Of a stretch of DNA of 64,000 nucleotides, positions 21,276-32,973 are shown piece after piece. Source of the DNA: an uncultured Phycisphaerales bacterium (GTDB taxonomy: Bacteria; Planctomycetota; Phycisphaerae; Sedimentisphaerales; Anaerobacaceae). The position numbers were made by a program, and so were the translations under genes. How positions within the stretch are numbered: position 1 is the stretch's first letter; each line of letters opens with the position of its first letter. The stretch spans positions 32,001 to 96,000 of the forward strand of contig CAVYYI010000005.1 of NCBI GenBank assembly GCA_963772725.1, read 5' to 3'. The notes beneath the pieces are model-generated. The model ran no database searches, was not told where the DNA came from, and saw only the letters and a program-made list of their open reading frames with translations.

Positions 21276-24019
21276 ATGAAAAACAATGAAGAATCAAAGC
21301 GACTTTTGGAAGCGCGCGACAAGAATGTTCCCTGGAAAAAATGGGGGCCGTATCTCAGCGAGCGGCAATGGGGAACGGTGCGCGAGGACTATAGCGAAGG
21401 GGGTGATGCCTGGAACTTCTTTACTCACGATCATGCCCGCTCCCGCGCCTACCGGTGGGGCGAAGATGGTCTGGCGGGCATCTCTGACGATAAGCAGCGG
21501 CTCTGCTTTGCCCTGGCCCTGTGGAACGGGAAGGACCCCATCCTCAAAGAGCGTCTCTTCGGGCTCACCAACAGTGAGGGAAATCACGGCGAGGATGTGA
21601 AAGAATACTACTTCTACCTTGACAGCACGCCGACCCACTCGTACATGAAGTATCTCTACAAGTATCCCCAGGCTGCCTATCCCTATAATGATCTCGTGCG
21701 GACGAACAGACAGCGGACGCGGGATGAGATGGGAATATGAACTTCTCGACACCGGCGTCTTCAATGACGACCGATACTTCGACGTCTTCGTGGAGTATGC
21801 CAAAGCCGGTCCGGAAGACATCCTGATGCGGATCACGGCAGTCAACCGTGGACCGGAAGCGGCCGAACTGCATCTGCTGCCGACACTGTGGTTTCGGAAC
21901 GACTGGGCGGCGTGGATTGCCGAATCCAGCAGGGCTGCCGAGAAACCAAACCTCAAAAAGATCAAGGACAGCGCCTGGCACAAGCGCTGTCGCGGCAACG
22001 CATCCACTGCTGGGTGAATTTATCCTTTCCTGCGAAGGTGATGTGCCGCTGCTCTTCACTGAGAACGAGACGAACCATGAACGGCTTTTCCCTGGACAAA
22101 AGAACGAAAGCCCCTACGTCAAGGACGGAATCAACAATTACGTGGTACATGGCCGAAAGGAGACAGTGAATCCTGAAAATCAGGGCACCAAGGTCGCGGC
22201 ACGCTACAAACTCAATGTCGGCGCCGGTCAGACCAAAGTGATTCGCCTGAGGCTTTCCAACATTTCTGCGGACAAGAGGGACAAACCCTTTGGAAAGAAT
22301 TTTGATGAAGTTTTCGCTGACAGGCTTCGTGAGGCTGATGAGTTTTACAAGTCGGTGACGCCGCCATCAGTGAGCCAAGACGCTGCAAATGTGATGCGTC
22401 AGGCCATCGCCGGCATGCTTTGGAGCAAGCAGTTCTACTTCTTCGACGGTAACAACTGGCTGGATGAACATCACTCCAACCCCCTTCATACCGGATATCG
22501 CAACTCCAGGAACTCGGAGTGGTTCCACATGGTTAACGAGGACATCATCTCCATGCCCGACAAGTGGGAGTACCCCTGGTATGCGGCCTGGGACCTGGCC
22601 TTCCACACGCTGCCGCTTTCTATCGTCGACCCCGACTTCGCCAAGGAGCAGATGAAGTTGATGCTCCGTGGTGTCTATCTGCATCCAAGCGGCCAGATGC
22701 CCGCCTATGAGTGGAACTTCAGCGATGTGAACCCCCCGGTCCACGCATGGGCGACGTTGTTCCTCCACCGCACCGAGCAGGCCCTTCGCGGCGAGACAGA
22801 CGTGGATTTCCTCAAGTCGGCATTCAATAAGTTGCTCTTGAACTTCACCTGGTGGATGAACCGCAAGGACCGCTTCGGCAAGAACGTCTTCGAGGGCGGC
22901 TTCCTTGGCCTCGACAACATCGGCATCTTCGACCGCAGTGCGCCGTTGCCTACTGGTGGCCACCTGGAGCAGGCGGATGGCACGGCGTGGATGGCTCTCT
23001 TCAGCCAGAACATGCTGGAGCTCGCGGTGGAGATCACCGCCCACGACCCAGCCTATGAAGACATGGTCGTGAAGTTCGTGGAGCACTTCGCATATATTGC
23101 CGCCGCCATGAACCGTCCCGGTCAGGACGGCATGTGGGACGAGGCGGATGGCTTCTACTACGATCTGCTGCAGCTCCCCGACGGCAGCGCCACGCGGCTC
23201 AAGGTGCGCTCGATGGTGGGCCTTCTGCCCCTGTGCGCCGCGACGGTGATCGAGAAATGGCAGCGGGAGCGCGTACCGCGGGCTATGGCTCAGCTTATGG
23301 CACGTCATCGCCGGATGCCTGAACTGCGGGAGACTATGCACCCCACAGGCCCGGGACACTTGGGCGTAGCCGAGCGTGGGATCATTGCCATGGTCAACCC
23401 GGAGCGGCTCCGCCGGATCCTTACAAAGATGCTCGACGAGAACGAGTTCCTCGGCCCCTATGGCATCCGCTCGCTCTCGAAGTTTCACGAACGGCATCCC
23501 TATATCTTGCACGTAGGCGGCCAAGAGTACCGTGTGGACTACCTGCCGGGCGAGTCGAACACAGGTATGTTCGGCGGCAACTCCAACTGGCGGGGGCCGG
23601 TCTGGATGCCGGTGAACGCCATGATCATCCGGGCTCTCCTGAACTTCTACCTGTACTACGGCGACAACTTCAAAATCGAGTGTCCCACGGGGTCAGGGAA
23701 GATGATGAACCTCTTCGAGGTGAGCAAGGAGATCGCCGATCGGCTCAGCCGGATCTTTTTGCGCGACGGACACGGCCGGCGACCTGTTTACGGCGGCACG
23801 GAGAAATTTCAGACCGATCCCCACTGGCGCGACCACATTCTCTTTTACGAGTACTTCCACGGCGATAATGGTGCCGGGCTCGGTGCGAGCCATCAGACCG
23901 GCTGGACCGGGCTGGTGGCCAAGCTCATCCAGCTTTACGGCCTTTTGGATCCCAAGCAGGTACTGGAAGTGGGCAAGCAGGCCGCGTTCATTCAGGGCAC
24001 CAGCGGGGAGAGACCTTAA
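21276..24019 (+). CDS. MGH1-like/GH63 glucosidase (frameshifts near 21735 and 21970)
   Basis: [33 protein letters not shown] and [22 protein letters not shown] are spread over three frames; visibly GC-richer than the flanks. Confidence 0.88.
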
Positions 24020-24290
24020 ATGAAATTTCCCAAGTCAACATCCAGAGACGGTTTATTCCTTGAGCCATTCGTGGGCAATACTGAGTCAGGTCGCATAGGC
24101 CCGCGCATGGCCGGACGAGTACACTCCGTAACAAAAAAGAGGAGATGAACCCTATGCAAAATGGACACACTTCATGGTTAGGGCTGACTGTCGTTGGCTT
24201 TTTTATCGTGCTTCCAGTGCTGCTGGATAGATTGGTGCTTGAAAAGATATACCAAACTTTGAAGGTGGCGGTAGATCCAAGGAAAAGTCT

Positions 24291-24908
24291 ATGGAAGAGT
24301 TTTCATTTATCTTCACGGTATTCTTCATGCTGCTTGGGCCGGTTAAGCTTATCCCGTTCTTTGCTGGTGTGACACGAGGCACGGACAGCCGATTCAAGCG
24401 GAGCGTAGCTATCCGGGGTACTGTGATTGCCTCATCGCTCTGTGCGTTTGTGGCACTGGCAGGGGGGACTCTCCTGGGTAAGTATCGCATCTCTATTGAC
24501 GCGTTGCGAATCTCAGGAGGATTGGTCCTGCTGATCGCCGCGCTGCAGGTCATCTTTCAAAAAGGACTTTCGTCAAGCCCAAGCTCCGGCACACCCACCG
24601 CAAACCAACTCGCCGCTTCGCCAGTTGCCGTTCCGGGTATCGTGCCGCCTGCCAGCGTCGCTGCCATATTGATCTTCATGATGCTTGCACCGCAGTACCC
24701 GGGGATGATGCAATCTGTAACCATCTGCCTGGCTATCATGATGGTGCTGGATTTCATGGTGATGTACTTCATCGACTGGGTCATAAAGATACCGGGTCTG
24801 ATGATTATTCTCACTGTAATTGGCTCTGTACTGATATTTGTGCAAATATGTCTGGCCATAGAAATCTTTCTGAATGCTCTCAAGAATTTGGAAATTATCA
24901 AAGTCTAA
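24291..24908 (+). CDS. MarC-family membrane protein
   Basis: Motifs FFMLLGP, ISIDALRISGGLVL and SPVAVPGIVPP. Confidence 0.8.
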   Translation: MEEFSFIFTVFFMLLGPVKLIPFFAGVTRGTDSRFKRSVAIRGTVIASSLCAFVALAGGTLLGKYRISIDALRISGGLVLLIAALQVIFQKGLSSSPSSGTPTANQLAASPVAVPGIVPPASVAAILIFMMLAPQYPGMMQSVTICLAIMMVLDFMVMYFIDWVIKIPGLMIILTVIGSVLIFVQICLAIEIFLNALKNLEIIKV

Positions 24909-25038
24909 AGAAAGAAAGCGGGAAAACTGGTCTCAATCCAATGTGGCAGAGATACCGAGGTAAGGATGCACGCACGATGAATTCCTCAGCCCCGATTTGC
25001 TTTCGGCGAGTAAAAGGGTAAGCCTTTTTATGTTACGG

Positions 25039-26295
25039 CTATTTCTCCATTTCCAAAAGGAAGGGTTTCTCAAGGGCATCGACAATCCAGGTTAGGAAGC
25101 GGACGGCTTCAGCGCCATCTATGAGCCTGTGGTCGTAGGAAAGCGATAAGGGGACAATCAGGCGAGGCTGAAGCTGGCCGTTGAAGTAGAGCGGTTTTTG
25201 TGCGGCACGGGCGACGCCGAGAATCGCGACTTGAGGCCAGTATATAATGGGGGCGAAATTTGTCCCGCCTATACCGCCGAGATTTGAGATGGTAAAATTG
25301 CCGCCTACCATTTCATCGGGCGAGACCTGACCTGTGCGAGTTTTCTCAGATAATTCGGTAAGCTCGACGGCAAGCTGTAAAATGGTCTTTTTATCGACGT
25401 CGCGGACGACGGGGACTAAAAGGCCGCGTTCGGTTTCTACGGCGACATTGATGTGATAATATTTTTTATAGATGATTTCCCCTGCTACGGGATCGAGACT
25501 CGCGTTAAATTTCGGAAAATGCTTAAGTGCTTCGCCGACAACTTTTAATAATATCGCCGTTATGGTAAGTTTGCCGCCGGCATGCTCGGCCTTGGGGGCG
25601 TACTCCTTTCGGAATTCCTCAAGCATCGTAATATCCGCCTGGCTGTATTGCGTAACGTGCGGAATTGTGTGCCAGGCATAAGTTAGCGTGTCGGCGATTT
25701 TTTTGCGGGTAACGGTCATGGGCTGGCGTTCGATAGTTCCCCATTTAGAGAAATCCGGCAGCGGCATAGCTACAACTTCCTCGCGAGAAGCTGCTCCACC
25801 GCTGATAAGCTGTTTGACATACTGTTTAATATCCTCAGCGGAAATTCTGCCATCAGGGCCTGTGCCGCGAACCTTTTCAATATCGACACCCAGTTCCCCT
25901 GCCAGATGACGGACAGATGGGGCAACAGGAATGGCTCCTGAAACGGATGGAGTTGTTTCTTCGGGTGCTTGTTTATTCTCAGGCTTGCGAATAATCTCCT
26001 GATGTTCCTGCGGTTGCGGCTGTGTTGGCGGCGCAGTTTTTTTCATTTCAGGCGGAGCGGCGGTATCGACTTTTATAATGACCTGGCCGGTTTTGACTTT
26101 CTGGCCGGGCTTTAGATTTACTTCTATTACCTTTCCGCTGATGGGCGAAGGGACATCGAAGGTCGCTTTTTCGGTTTCAAGTTCGGCGATGGGCTGTTCG
26201 GCTTTTATGAAGTCACCAGGTTTTACCAGGACAGAGATAACATCGCCGGAATCAACATTCTCAGATATTTCAGGCAGGCGAACTTCTTCAATCAT
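25039..26295 (-). CDS. aceF: Pyruvate dehydrogenase E2 dihydrolipoamide acetyltransferase
   Basis: Single lipoyl domain (ETEKAT), E3-binding GTGPDGRI and catalytic DHRLIDG. Confidence 0.92.
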   Translation of the reverse strand: MIEEVRLPEISENVDSGDVISVLVKPGDFIKAEQPIAELETEKATFDVPSPISGKVIEVNLKPGQKVKTGQVIIKVDTAAPPEMKKTAPPTQPQPQEHQEIIRKPENKQAPEETTPSVSGAIPVAPSVRHLAGELGVDIEKVRGTGPDGRISAEDIKQYVKQLISGGAASREEVVAMPLPDFSKWGTIERQPMTVTRKKIADTLTYAWHTIPHVTQYSQADITMLEEFRKEYAPKAEHAGGKLTITAILLKVVGEALKHFPKFNASLDPVAGEIIYKKYYHINVAVETERGLLVPVVRDVDKKTILQLAVELTELSEKTRTGQVSPDEMVGGNFTISNLGGIGGTNFAPIIYWPQVAILGVARAAQKPLYFNGQLQPRLIVPLSLSYDHRLIDGAEAVRFLTWIVDALEKPFLLEMEK

Positions 26296-26310
26296 TTTCG
26301 CTAACTCCTT

Positions 26311-28975
26311 TTAAATCGATAAAGGCGAAACCTTTTCCGGGTCTATATTCAAATCTTTTATTGCGTTTTCAACAATATCGGGCTGTATAACGCCTTGGGC
26401 AGCTAAAGCCTGTAATGCGGCCAAAGTGATAAAACGCACGTCGACTTCGAAATAATTTCGCAGACTGGTGCGGCTGTCGCTTCTGCCGTAACCATCGGTT
26501 CCGAGTGAGATTAATCGGCCCGGTATCCATTTGGCGATTGAGTAAGGGAGAGTTTTTAAATAATCCGAAGCGGCTACAAAAATGTTTCCCGCATTTTCGA
26601 AGCATTGCTGAACATAAGAAATCCGTGGCGTCTGCGAGGGATGGAGCATATTCCAGCGGTCTGTTTCGACCGCGTCGGTATATAGCTCTTTATAACTGGT
26701 AACGCTCCAAACGTCCGTGCTTATGTTATATTTTGATTCGAGCATTTCGTGAGCTTTGATGACTTCATTCATTATGGTGCCGCTTCCTAAGAGATTTACT
26801 TTTGCTATGGCGTCTTTTTTGTCGGAGGCTTTGTATTTGTACAAGCCTTTAAGGATGCCTTCTGTAACGCCCTGAGGCATGGGAGGCATTTTATAGAACT
26901 CGTTCATAATGGTGATGTAATAAAAAATGTTTTCCTGTTTTTTATACATTCTGCGGATTCCCTCGCGTACGATTACGGCCAGTTCATAGGCGAAAGCGGG
27001 GTCGTAGGCTTTAAGGTTAGGGACGGCAAAGGCGAAATGATGACTGTGGCCGTCCTGGTGCTGAAGGCCTTCGCCGGCCATCGTTGTCCGGCCTGAGATT
27101 CCACCTGCAAGAAAACCTTTTGCCATGCAGTCTCCGGCAGCCCAAATGAGGTCAAACATTCGATGACAGCCGAAAATAGAATAGAAGAAATAGAATGGGA
27201 TTGTATTGATTCCATGTGTTGCGTAGGCTGTTCCGGCGGCTATAAAGGACGACATCGCGCCGGCTTCGGTTATTCCTTCTTCAAGAATCGCGCCATCTTT
27301 TTGTTCGTTGTAGTACAGCAGGCTTTCCTTATCCACGGGCTCGTATAACTGTCCAAGCGGCGAATAAATCCCGGTGTTCCTGAACAGTGACTCCATTCCG
27401 AAGGTTCGTGCCTCATCCGGCACAATAGGAACAATTAACTTTCCTATTTCCTTATCTTTCAGGAGGTTTGACAACAGCTTGACCATGACCATTGTTGTTG
27501 CGACTTCTCTATCGCCGCTGCCTTTATAAAATTCTTCGAATAACTCATCTGCTGGGGGTTTTATCGGTTCAACTTTCGCTGTGCGAGAGGGAATGTAGCC
27601 GCCGAGTTTTTTCCGGCATTTTTGAAGATACTTAATTTCTTCACTTTCCTCCGCCGGCTTATAAAAAGGTGTCTCCTGCACTTCACCATCGGGTATGGGT
27701 ATGCCGAACCGGTTTCTGAATTCAAGCAGTTCCTGTTCATTAAGTTTTTTCTGCTGGTGGGTAATATTCCTGCCTTCACCAGCTTCACCCAGGCCGTAAC
27801 CTTTTATTGTCTGGGCCAGAATAACAGTCGGTGAACCTTTATGTTCTACAGCCGCTTTATACGCCGCATAAACCTTTACCGGGTCGTGGCCTCCCCTGCT
27901 GAGTTTTTCGATTTGTTCGTCGGAATAGTTTTCCACCATTTCAAGCAAACGTTTGTCTACTCCGAAAAAATCTTTACGAATATAATCGCCCCGTGAAACG
28001 GTGTATTTCTGATACTGCCCGTCAGGAATTTCCTGCATACGTCTGGCGAGAATTCCATCTTTATCCCTGCTGAGCAGAATGTCCCAGTCGGAGCCCCAGA
28101 TAACTTTAATCACATTCCAGCACGCCCCGGCGAAAACAGCTTCGAGTTCCTGAATAATTTTGCCGTTACCGCGTACGGGGCCATCCAATCTTTGCAGGTT
28201 GCAATTGATAACGAAAATAAGATTATCAAGTTTTTCTCTCGCAGCAAGGCTAATAGCGCCGAGACTTTCCGGCTCATCCATTTCTCCATCGCCTAAAAAT
28301 ACCCACACTTTCTGGTCGGAAGGTTTTTTCAAGCCGCGATTTTCAAGATAACGATTAAAACGCGCCTGATAGATTGACGTAATCGGTGAAAGTCCCATCG
28401 AAACGGTCGGAAATTGCCAAAAATCCGGCAGGAGTCTTGGATGAGGATATGACGGCAGCCCCCCGCCTGAGTTAAGCTCACGTCTGAAGTTTTCAAGGTC
28501 GGTCCAGGAAAAACGTCCTTCCAAAAATGCCCTGGCGTAAATACCAGGACTGGCGTGTCCCTGAAAATAAATTATGTCACCATCCTGCTCCTGATTTTTC
28601 GCGGAAGAAATGATTAAACCCAACCTCGAAAAGAGTCGCCGCCGAGGCGTATGTTGAAATATGTCCGCCGATGCCATGTTCCATTCTGTTGGCTCGCACC
28701 ACCATCGCCATTGCGTTCCAGCGAATTATACTTTTGATGCGGCGTTCGATTTCACGCTTACCGGGATAAGGAGGCTGCTGATGTAACGGTATTGTGTTAA
28801 TGTAAGGGGTCGTATTAACGTGGCTGATTTTTATTCCGAATTTTTGTGCTTTGACGTGAAGCAGGTCAAACAGTTCCTGAACCCTTTGCGGCCCCTCATT
28901 GAGCATCACATCTTCAAGAGACTCAATCCATTCCTTATTTTCGAGCTGGGCAAGCTTTGAATCTATTCTGTCCAC
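26311..28975 (-). CDS. aceE: Pyruvate dehydrogenase E1, homodimeric type (frameshift near 28595)
   Basis: YINTIP, IRWNA and GGHISTYAS join QGHASPG, FPTVSMGL, GDGEMDEPES and EGLQHQDG. Confidence 0.93.
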
Positions 28976-29141
28976 AAAGTTCTCTCCACACCTAATATGC
29001 CTGCTTTTAAAATTTCCATAATCAACACATATTTTTTTAACCTACCGGTGATGAATTTGAAATAAGGAAAATCCTTGTTTAAGGGTAGTAAAAAGCCTAA
29101 GACTGGAAATTGAACGGATTAAAAGTCTTCTGTTTATAGCG

Positions 29142-30577
29142 TTAGCCTTTGACACAAATCAGAGGCACAAGTTCGGCTACCCTGTTAGCCAACTGTGCCT
29201 TTTCAGTCGCGTAGGCGACCACGCTGACATCCTTATAAGCCAGCGGCGCTTCTTCAGCGATTCCGCGAGCCGATGCGCATTTGATGATTATACCTTTTTG
29301 GCTTAGTGTTTTAACAATCTCTCTGCCGTTCCATCTTTTAGTGGCCTGCGTTCTGCTCATAGCCCTGCCTGCGCCGTGAGAACACGAACCGAAGGACAGG
29401 CTCATACCTTTTTGCGTGCCGGCCAGAATATATGATGATGTCCCCATAGTACCGCCTATAAGCACCGGCTGACCGAACGGCCGTATATTCTCCGGCAGCG
29501 AGGGATGTCCCGGCCCAAAAGCGCGAGTGGCGCCTTTGCGATGCACAAATAACTTTCTCATCTTACCGTCAACCTCGTGTTCCTCAAGTTTACAGGTATT
29601 ATGAGACACATCGTAGAGCAGTTTCAAATCCGCCCTGGGAATAACCTGGCTGAAAACCTCTCGTACCAGATGTGTCAGCATCTGGCGATTCGCGATAGCG
29701 CAGTTAATACCGGCACACATCGCTCCGATATACTGCTGTCCGACATTTGAATTAATAGGCGCACAGGCGAGGTCTCTTTCCGGCAATTTTATTCCCGCTT
29801 CATTGGCAGCTTTAAGCATTCGCGGAAGAAAATCCGTCGCTACCTGGTGTCCCAATCCTCTTGAGCCGCAATGAATACTTATCACAATGTCATCCTGCTT
29901 GATGCCATAAGCCTGCGCTATTTTAACATCGAAAATTTCCACTACTTTCTGCACTTCAAGATAGTGATTGCCCGAACCAAGCGTGCCTACTTCTTCTTTT
30001 TGACGTTCTTTGGCGTGGTCGGAGACATATCTCGGCTGGGCACCGGGCATTTTACCATCCTCTTCGATGCGCTCAAGGTCTTGTTTTGTGCCGTACCCTT
30101 TATCTACAGCCCATTGCCCCCGCCAATCAGCATTTCATCAATTTCACTATAGGAAAGTTTCAGCCTTCCGGTACTGCCCACCCCCGCAGGAATCCGATGC
30201 GCTAAAACTTCTGCGAGTTTGCCTTTTACAGGCTCAATTTCATTAGAGGTAAGTCCTGTCAAAATCGCACGCACGCCGCAGGAAATATCGAACCCCACAC
30301 CGCCAGCGGAAATGATGCCGCCTTTTTCGGGGTCGAACGCCGCCACACCGCCTATCGGAAAACCATAGCCCCAGTGTGCATCAGGCATCGCATAAGAGGC
30401 CTTAACTATACCAGGCAGTCTGGCGACATTTATCCCCTGCTCATAAACCTTATCATCAAGCTCTTTTATAATGGTATCATCGCCGAAAATAATAAACGGA
30501 ACGAGCATATCATCGAACGGCTCAATCCGCCATTGATAACCGGCCTGCTTTTTTACCTTGTCTGCGTACATCGTCAA
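29142..30577 (-). CDS. rtcB: RNA-splicing/repair ligase RtcB (frameshift near 30115)
   Basis: Motifs MPDAHWGYGFPIGG, GFDISCG, GTLGSGNHY, HRKGATRA, HGAGR and EEAPLAYK. Confidence 0.93.
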
Positions 30578-30586
30578 TCCTTCCAG

Positions 30587-31011
30587 CTATATATCAATAA
30601 TGCACTGGGCAATCCATATTTCGTTTGAGTCCCGATAGACTTTAAGGTCTGAATAGGTAGCGCCTTTAATCTCCACGGAAGGGTTATGTTTTTTTAAATC
30701 CAGTTTTTCACCCCACGCTTTGCCACTCAAATGTCCGCCGCTTGTCGCAACTTCAAATATTGCCCGAATATCATTTTTCGAGTTGCCATTTCATACAGGA
30801 TGCCATTAAGCCACGCGATAAATAATAATTCCTCGTCGTCGCCATGGCATGAAATTTCGACCTGCTCATCACATCTGATTGTTTTCAGCTCAACACTGAC
30901 CGCGATCATTGCCAATGCAGCCTGGGCAAAGGCCTGCTCCTTTGTTGAACCGAAACCGCGTATTCCCATATCGGCGGTATGCGAATAATGCTCCCAGCCA
31001 GTTTTTTTCAT
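30587..31011 (-). CDS. Archease (frameshift near 30760)
   Basis: WEHYSHTADMGIRG and the corrected C-terminus EIKGATYSDLKV...AQCIIDI*; directly upstream of rtcB. Confidence 0.9.
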
Positions 31012-31050
31012 AAGAATATTTAACAGCCCGCCGCTTCAATAGTCAACAAT

Positions 31051-31620
31051 TCATTCTGCCCGATTATCTGGCACGACTTTTTCATGCGTATGTTCGGCTT
31101 TCTTGTGGCCGGCCACTTTTAAGTATTTAAGGATTTCTCTGCAAAATGCCGGCAGGTCGCTCGGATTCCTGGAAGTTATCAGGTTGTCATCCACAACAAC
31201 TTCCTGGTCGGTAAATCTTGCGCCGGCGTTTATGACATCGTCTTTTATCGCGTAATAGCAGGTGACATTTTTGCCCTGCAGTATTCCCGCGGAAACGAGA
31301 ACCGACCCTGCGTGGCAAATCGCCGCGACAAGCTTGCCTGCCTCGTACATTTCCTTTACAAACAGGTTTATCTTTGCTTCTCTTCGCAACAAATCCGGCG
31401 CGTACCCGCCTGGAATAATAACACCATCAAAGTCGGACTCTTTTATATTCTTGACCGTCATTTCTTCCCCTGCCGGGTACCATTCCTTGCTTCGATATTC
31501 TTTCTGTCTGCCTGGACCAACCAATACAGGCTGAAAGCCTTCTTCTTTCAGCCTCAAATACGGATACCATAGTTCCAGAACCTGATATTGGTCTTCGACT
31601 AAAACCGCTATTTTTTTCAT
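31051..31620 (-). CDS. PfpI/DJ-1 family protease/deglycase
   Basis: Motifs ELWYP, IPGGYAPD, AICHA, VVVDDNLITSR and DLPAF. Confidence 0.9.
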   Translation of the reverse strand: MKKIAVLVEDQYQVLELWYPYLRLKEEGFQPVLVGPGRQKEYRSKEWYPAGEEMTVKNIKESDFDGVIIPGGYAPDLLRREAKINLFVKEMYEAGKLVAAICHAGSVLVSAGILQGKNVTCYYAIKDDVINAGARFTDQEVVVDDNLITSRNPSDLPAFCREILKYLKVAGHKKAEHTHEKVVPDNRAE

Positions 31621-31646
31621 TTTGCCCCCTTTCTCACAAAATACCG

Positions 31647-31832
31647 CTACAACTTATCAGGGTTGCAGAGATTTTTTTTATCCCCCGCAACGCGTCCGCA
31701 GTTTTTACAGTAACAGTTTCCGTTCCTGACAAGTTTCTTGTATTCCTCGGCGTGGCTGAATTGAAAACCAACGTTGTTCAGATAGCACAGATGTTCATTG
31801 TCCTCCGGATGAGGCATTTCTACTTTTTCCAT
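31647..31832 (-). CDS. Small Cys/His-rich putative metal-binding protein
   Basis: 61 aa with HLC...CKNCGR...LCNP and a GAGGAG ribosome-binding site. Confidence 0.7.
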   Translation of the reverse strand: MEKVEMPHPEDNEHLCYLNNVGFQFSHAEEYKKLVRNGNCYCKNCGRVAGDKKNLCNPDKL

Positions 31833-31913
31833 TTTATTCTCCTCAAAAAAACTAACCTTTTTGGTAAAGTCTATCCCCTCATACAGATACGATAAATAAG
31901 CAAGTTCCTTAAA

Positions 31914-32923
31914 ACCTGAACTTTGGATAAGGATACAAGAAAAACGGCCTATCTGCCGATGGGAATAATAGTTTTGTAAATATTATTAACCCAGTAGGCA
32001 AGGAGGCCGTATGACAGCGGATTTTACCACATTATTTGTGGATGTCGATGATTGTTGGAAAGCTTTTGAAAAAATGTATGCAAAGCACCTCATAGAAGAT
32101 GGAACACGTAAACGCAACAGGCAAGGCAACTTAAGTACCAGCGAGATCATGACTATTCTTATTGCCTTCCAAACCAGCGGCTATCGCACTTTCAAAGATT
32201 TCTATCAGTACCTCCTTGCCCATCACCGCCATGATTTTCCCGATCTGGTCAGTTACGACCGCTTTGTTTATCTGATACCAAGGGCAATAATCCCGCTGCT
32301 TGTCTATTTGCAAACCGATGGCATGGATGAACCCACCGGCATTTCTTTTATTGACAGTACCGCTCTTAAAGTCTGTCATAATAAGCGTATCCATCGCCAT
32401 CGTGTTTTTGACGGCATCGCCCAAATAGGCAAAACCACAATGGGCTGGTTTTTGGGCTTTAAGCTGCATCTGATCATCAATGATCGCGGCGGATTATTGG
32501 GCTGTCGCCTGACCGCAGGTAATGTCGATGATCGCAGCGCGGTGGAGAAAATGGCCGACGGTTTATTCGGAAAGCTATTTGGCGACAAGGGTTACATCAG
32601 CCAGAGCCTGTTTGAAAAACTGCTGGCCAAAGGGATTAAGCTGGTAACCAATATGCGTGCAAATATGAAATGCCGTTTGATGGAGTGGGAGGAGAAAATC
32701 CTGCTGCGAAAGCGTTCACTGATTGAAACGGTCAATGACACGCTCAAAAATGTCTGCCAGATCGAACATTCACGCCACCGCAGCCCGATCAACTTTCTGG
32801 CACATTTGATAGCCGGGCTTGTAGCCTATACGAGACTGCCGAAAAAGCCTTCGCTCAAAATAGAAAACGTCAGCTACCAGCCCAGAGAATTTCTTTGCCT
32901 CACGGCTTAAACAAAGTTCAGGT
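31914..32923 (+). mobile_element. IS982-family insertion sequence, copy 1
   Basis: TIRs ACCTGAACTTTGGATAAG and CTTAAACAAAGTTCAGGT (16/18 match); 5-bp target duplication TTAAA. Confidence 0.92.
32011..32910 (+). CDS. IS982-family DDE transposase
   Basis: Motifs FIDST, GWFLGFKLHL, FGDKGY and RSLIETVN..LK...IEHSRHRS. Confidence 0.92.
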   Translation: MTADFTTLFVDVDDCWKAFEKMYAKHLIEDGTRKRNRQGNLSTSEIMTILIAFQTSGYRTFKDFYQYLLAHHRHDFPDLVSYDRFVYLIPRAIIPLLVYLQTDGMDEPTGISFIDSTALKVCHNKRIHRHRVFDGIAQIGKTTMGWFLGFKLHLIINDRGGLLGCRLTAGNVDDRSAVEKMADGLFGKLFGDKGYISQSLFEKLLAKGIKLVTNMRANMKCRLMEWEEKILLRKRSLIETVNDTLKNVCQIEHSRHRSPINFLAHLIAGLVAYTRLPKKPSLKIENVSYQPREFLCLTA

Positions 32924-32973
32924 TTAAAAGACAGTCGTAAATTGCTTAGTTATTTCAAACTGACAGATTCGAC

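Larger units (their letters stand above)
17290..24998. mobile_element. Putative degenerate genomic island integrated at tRNA-Pro
   Basis: GCCCCGATTT at 17280-17289 recurs at 24989-24998. All cargo is on the + strand, with a gene remnant, a MITE and a GC-rich segment. No integrase is seen. Confidence 0.45.

Noticed and set aside
22367..23524. 385-aa - strand ORF, plus others at 21294-22059
   Set aside because: These are antisense shadows of the GC-rich glucosidase gene.
25039..28975. aceEF without lpdA as an unusual PDH
   Set aside because: E3 is often encoded elsewhere, so this cannot be judged from one window.
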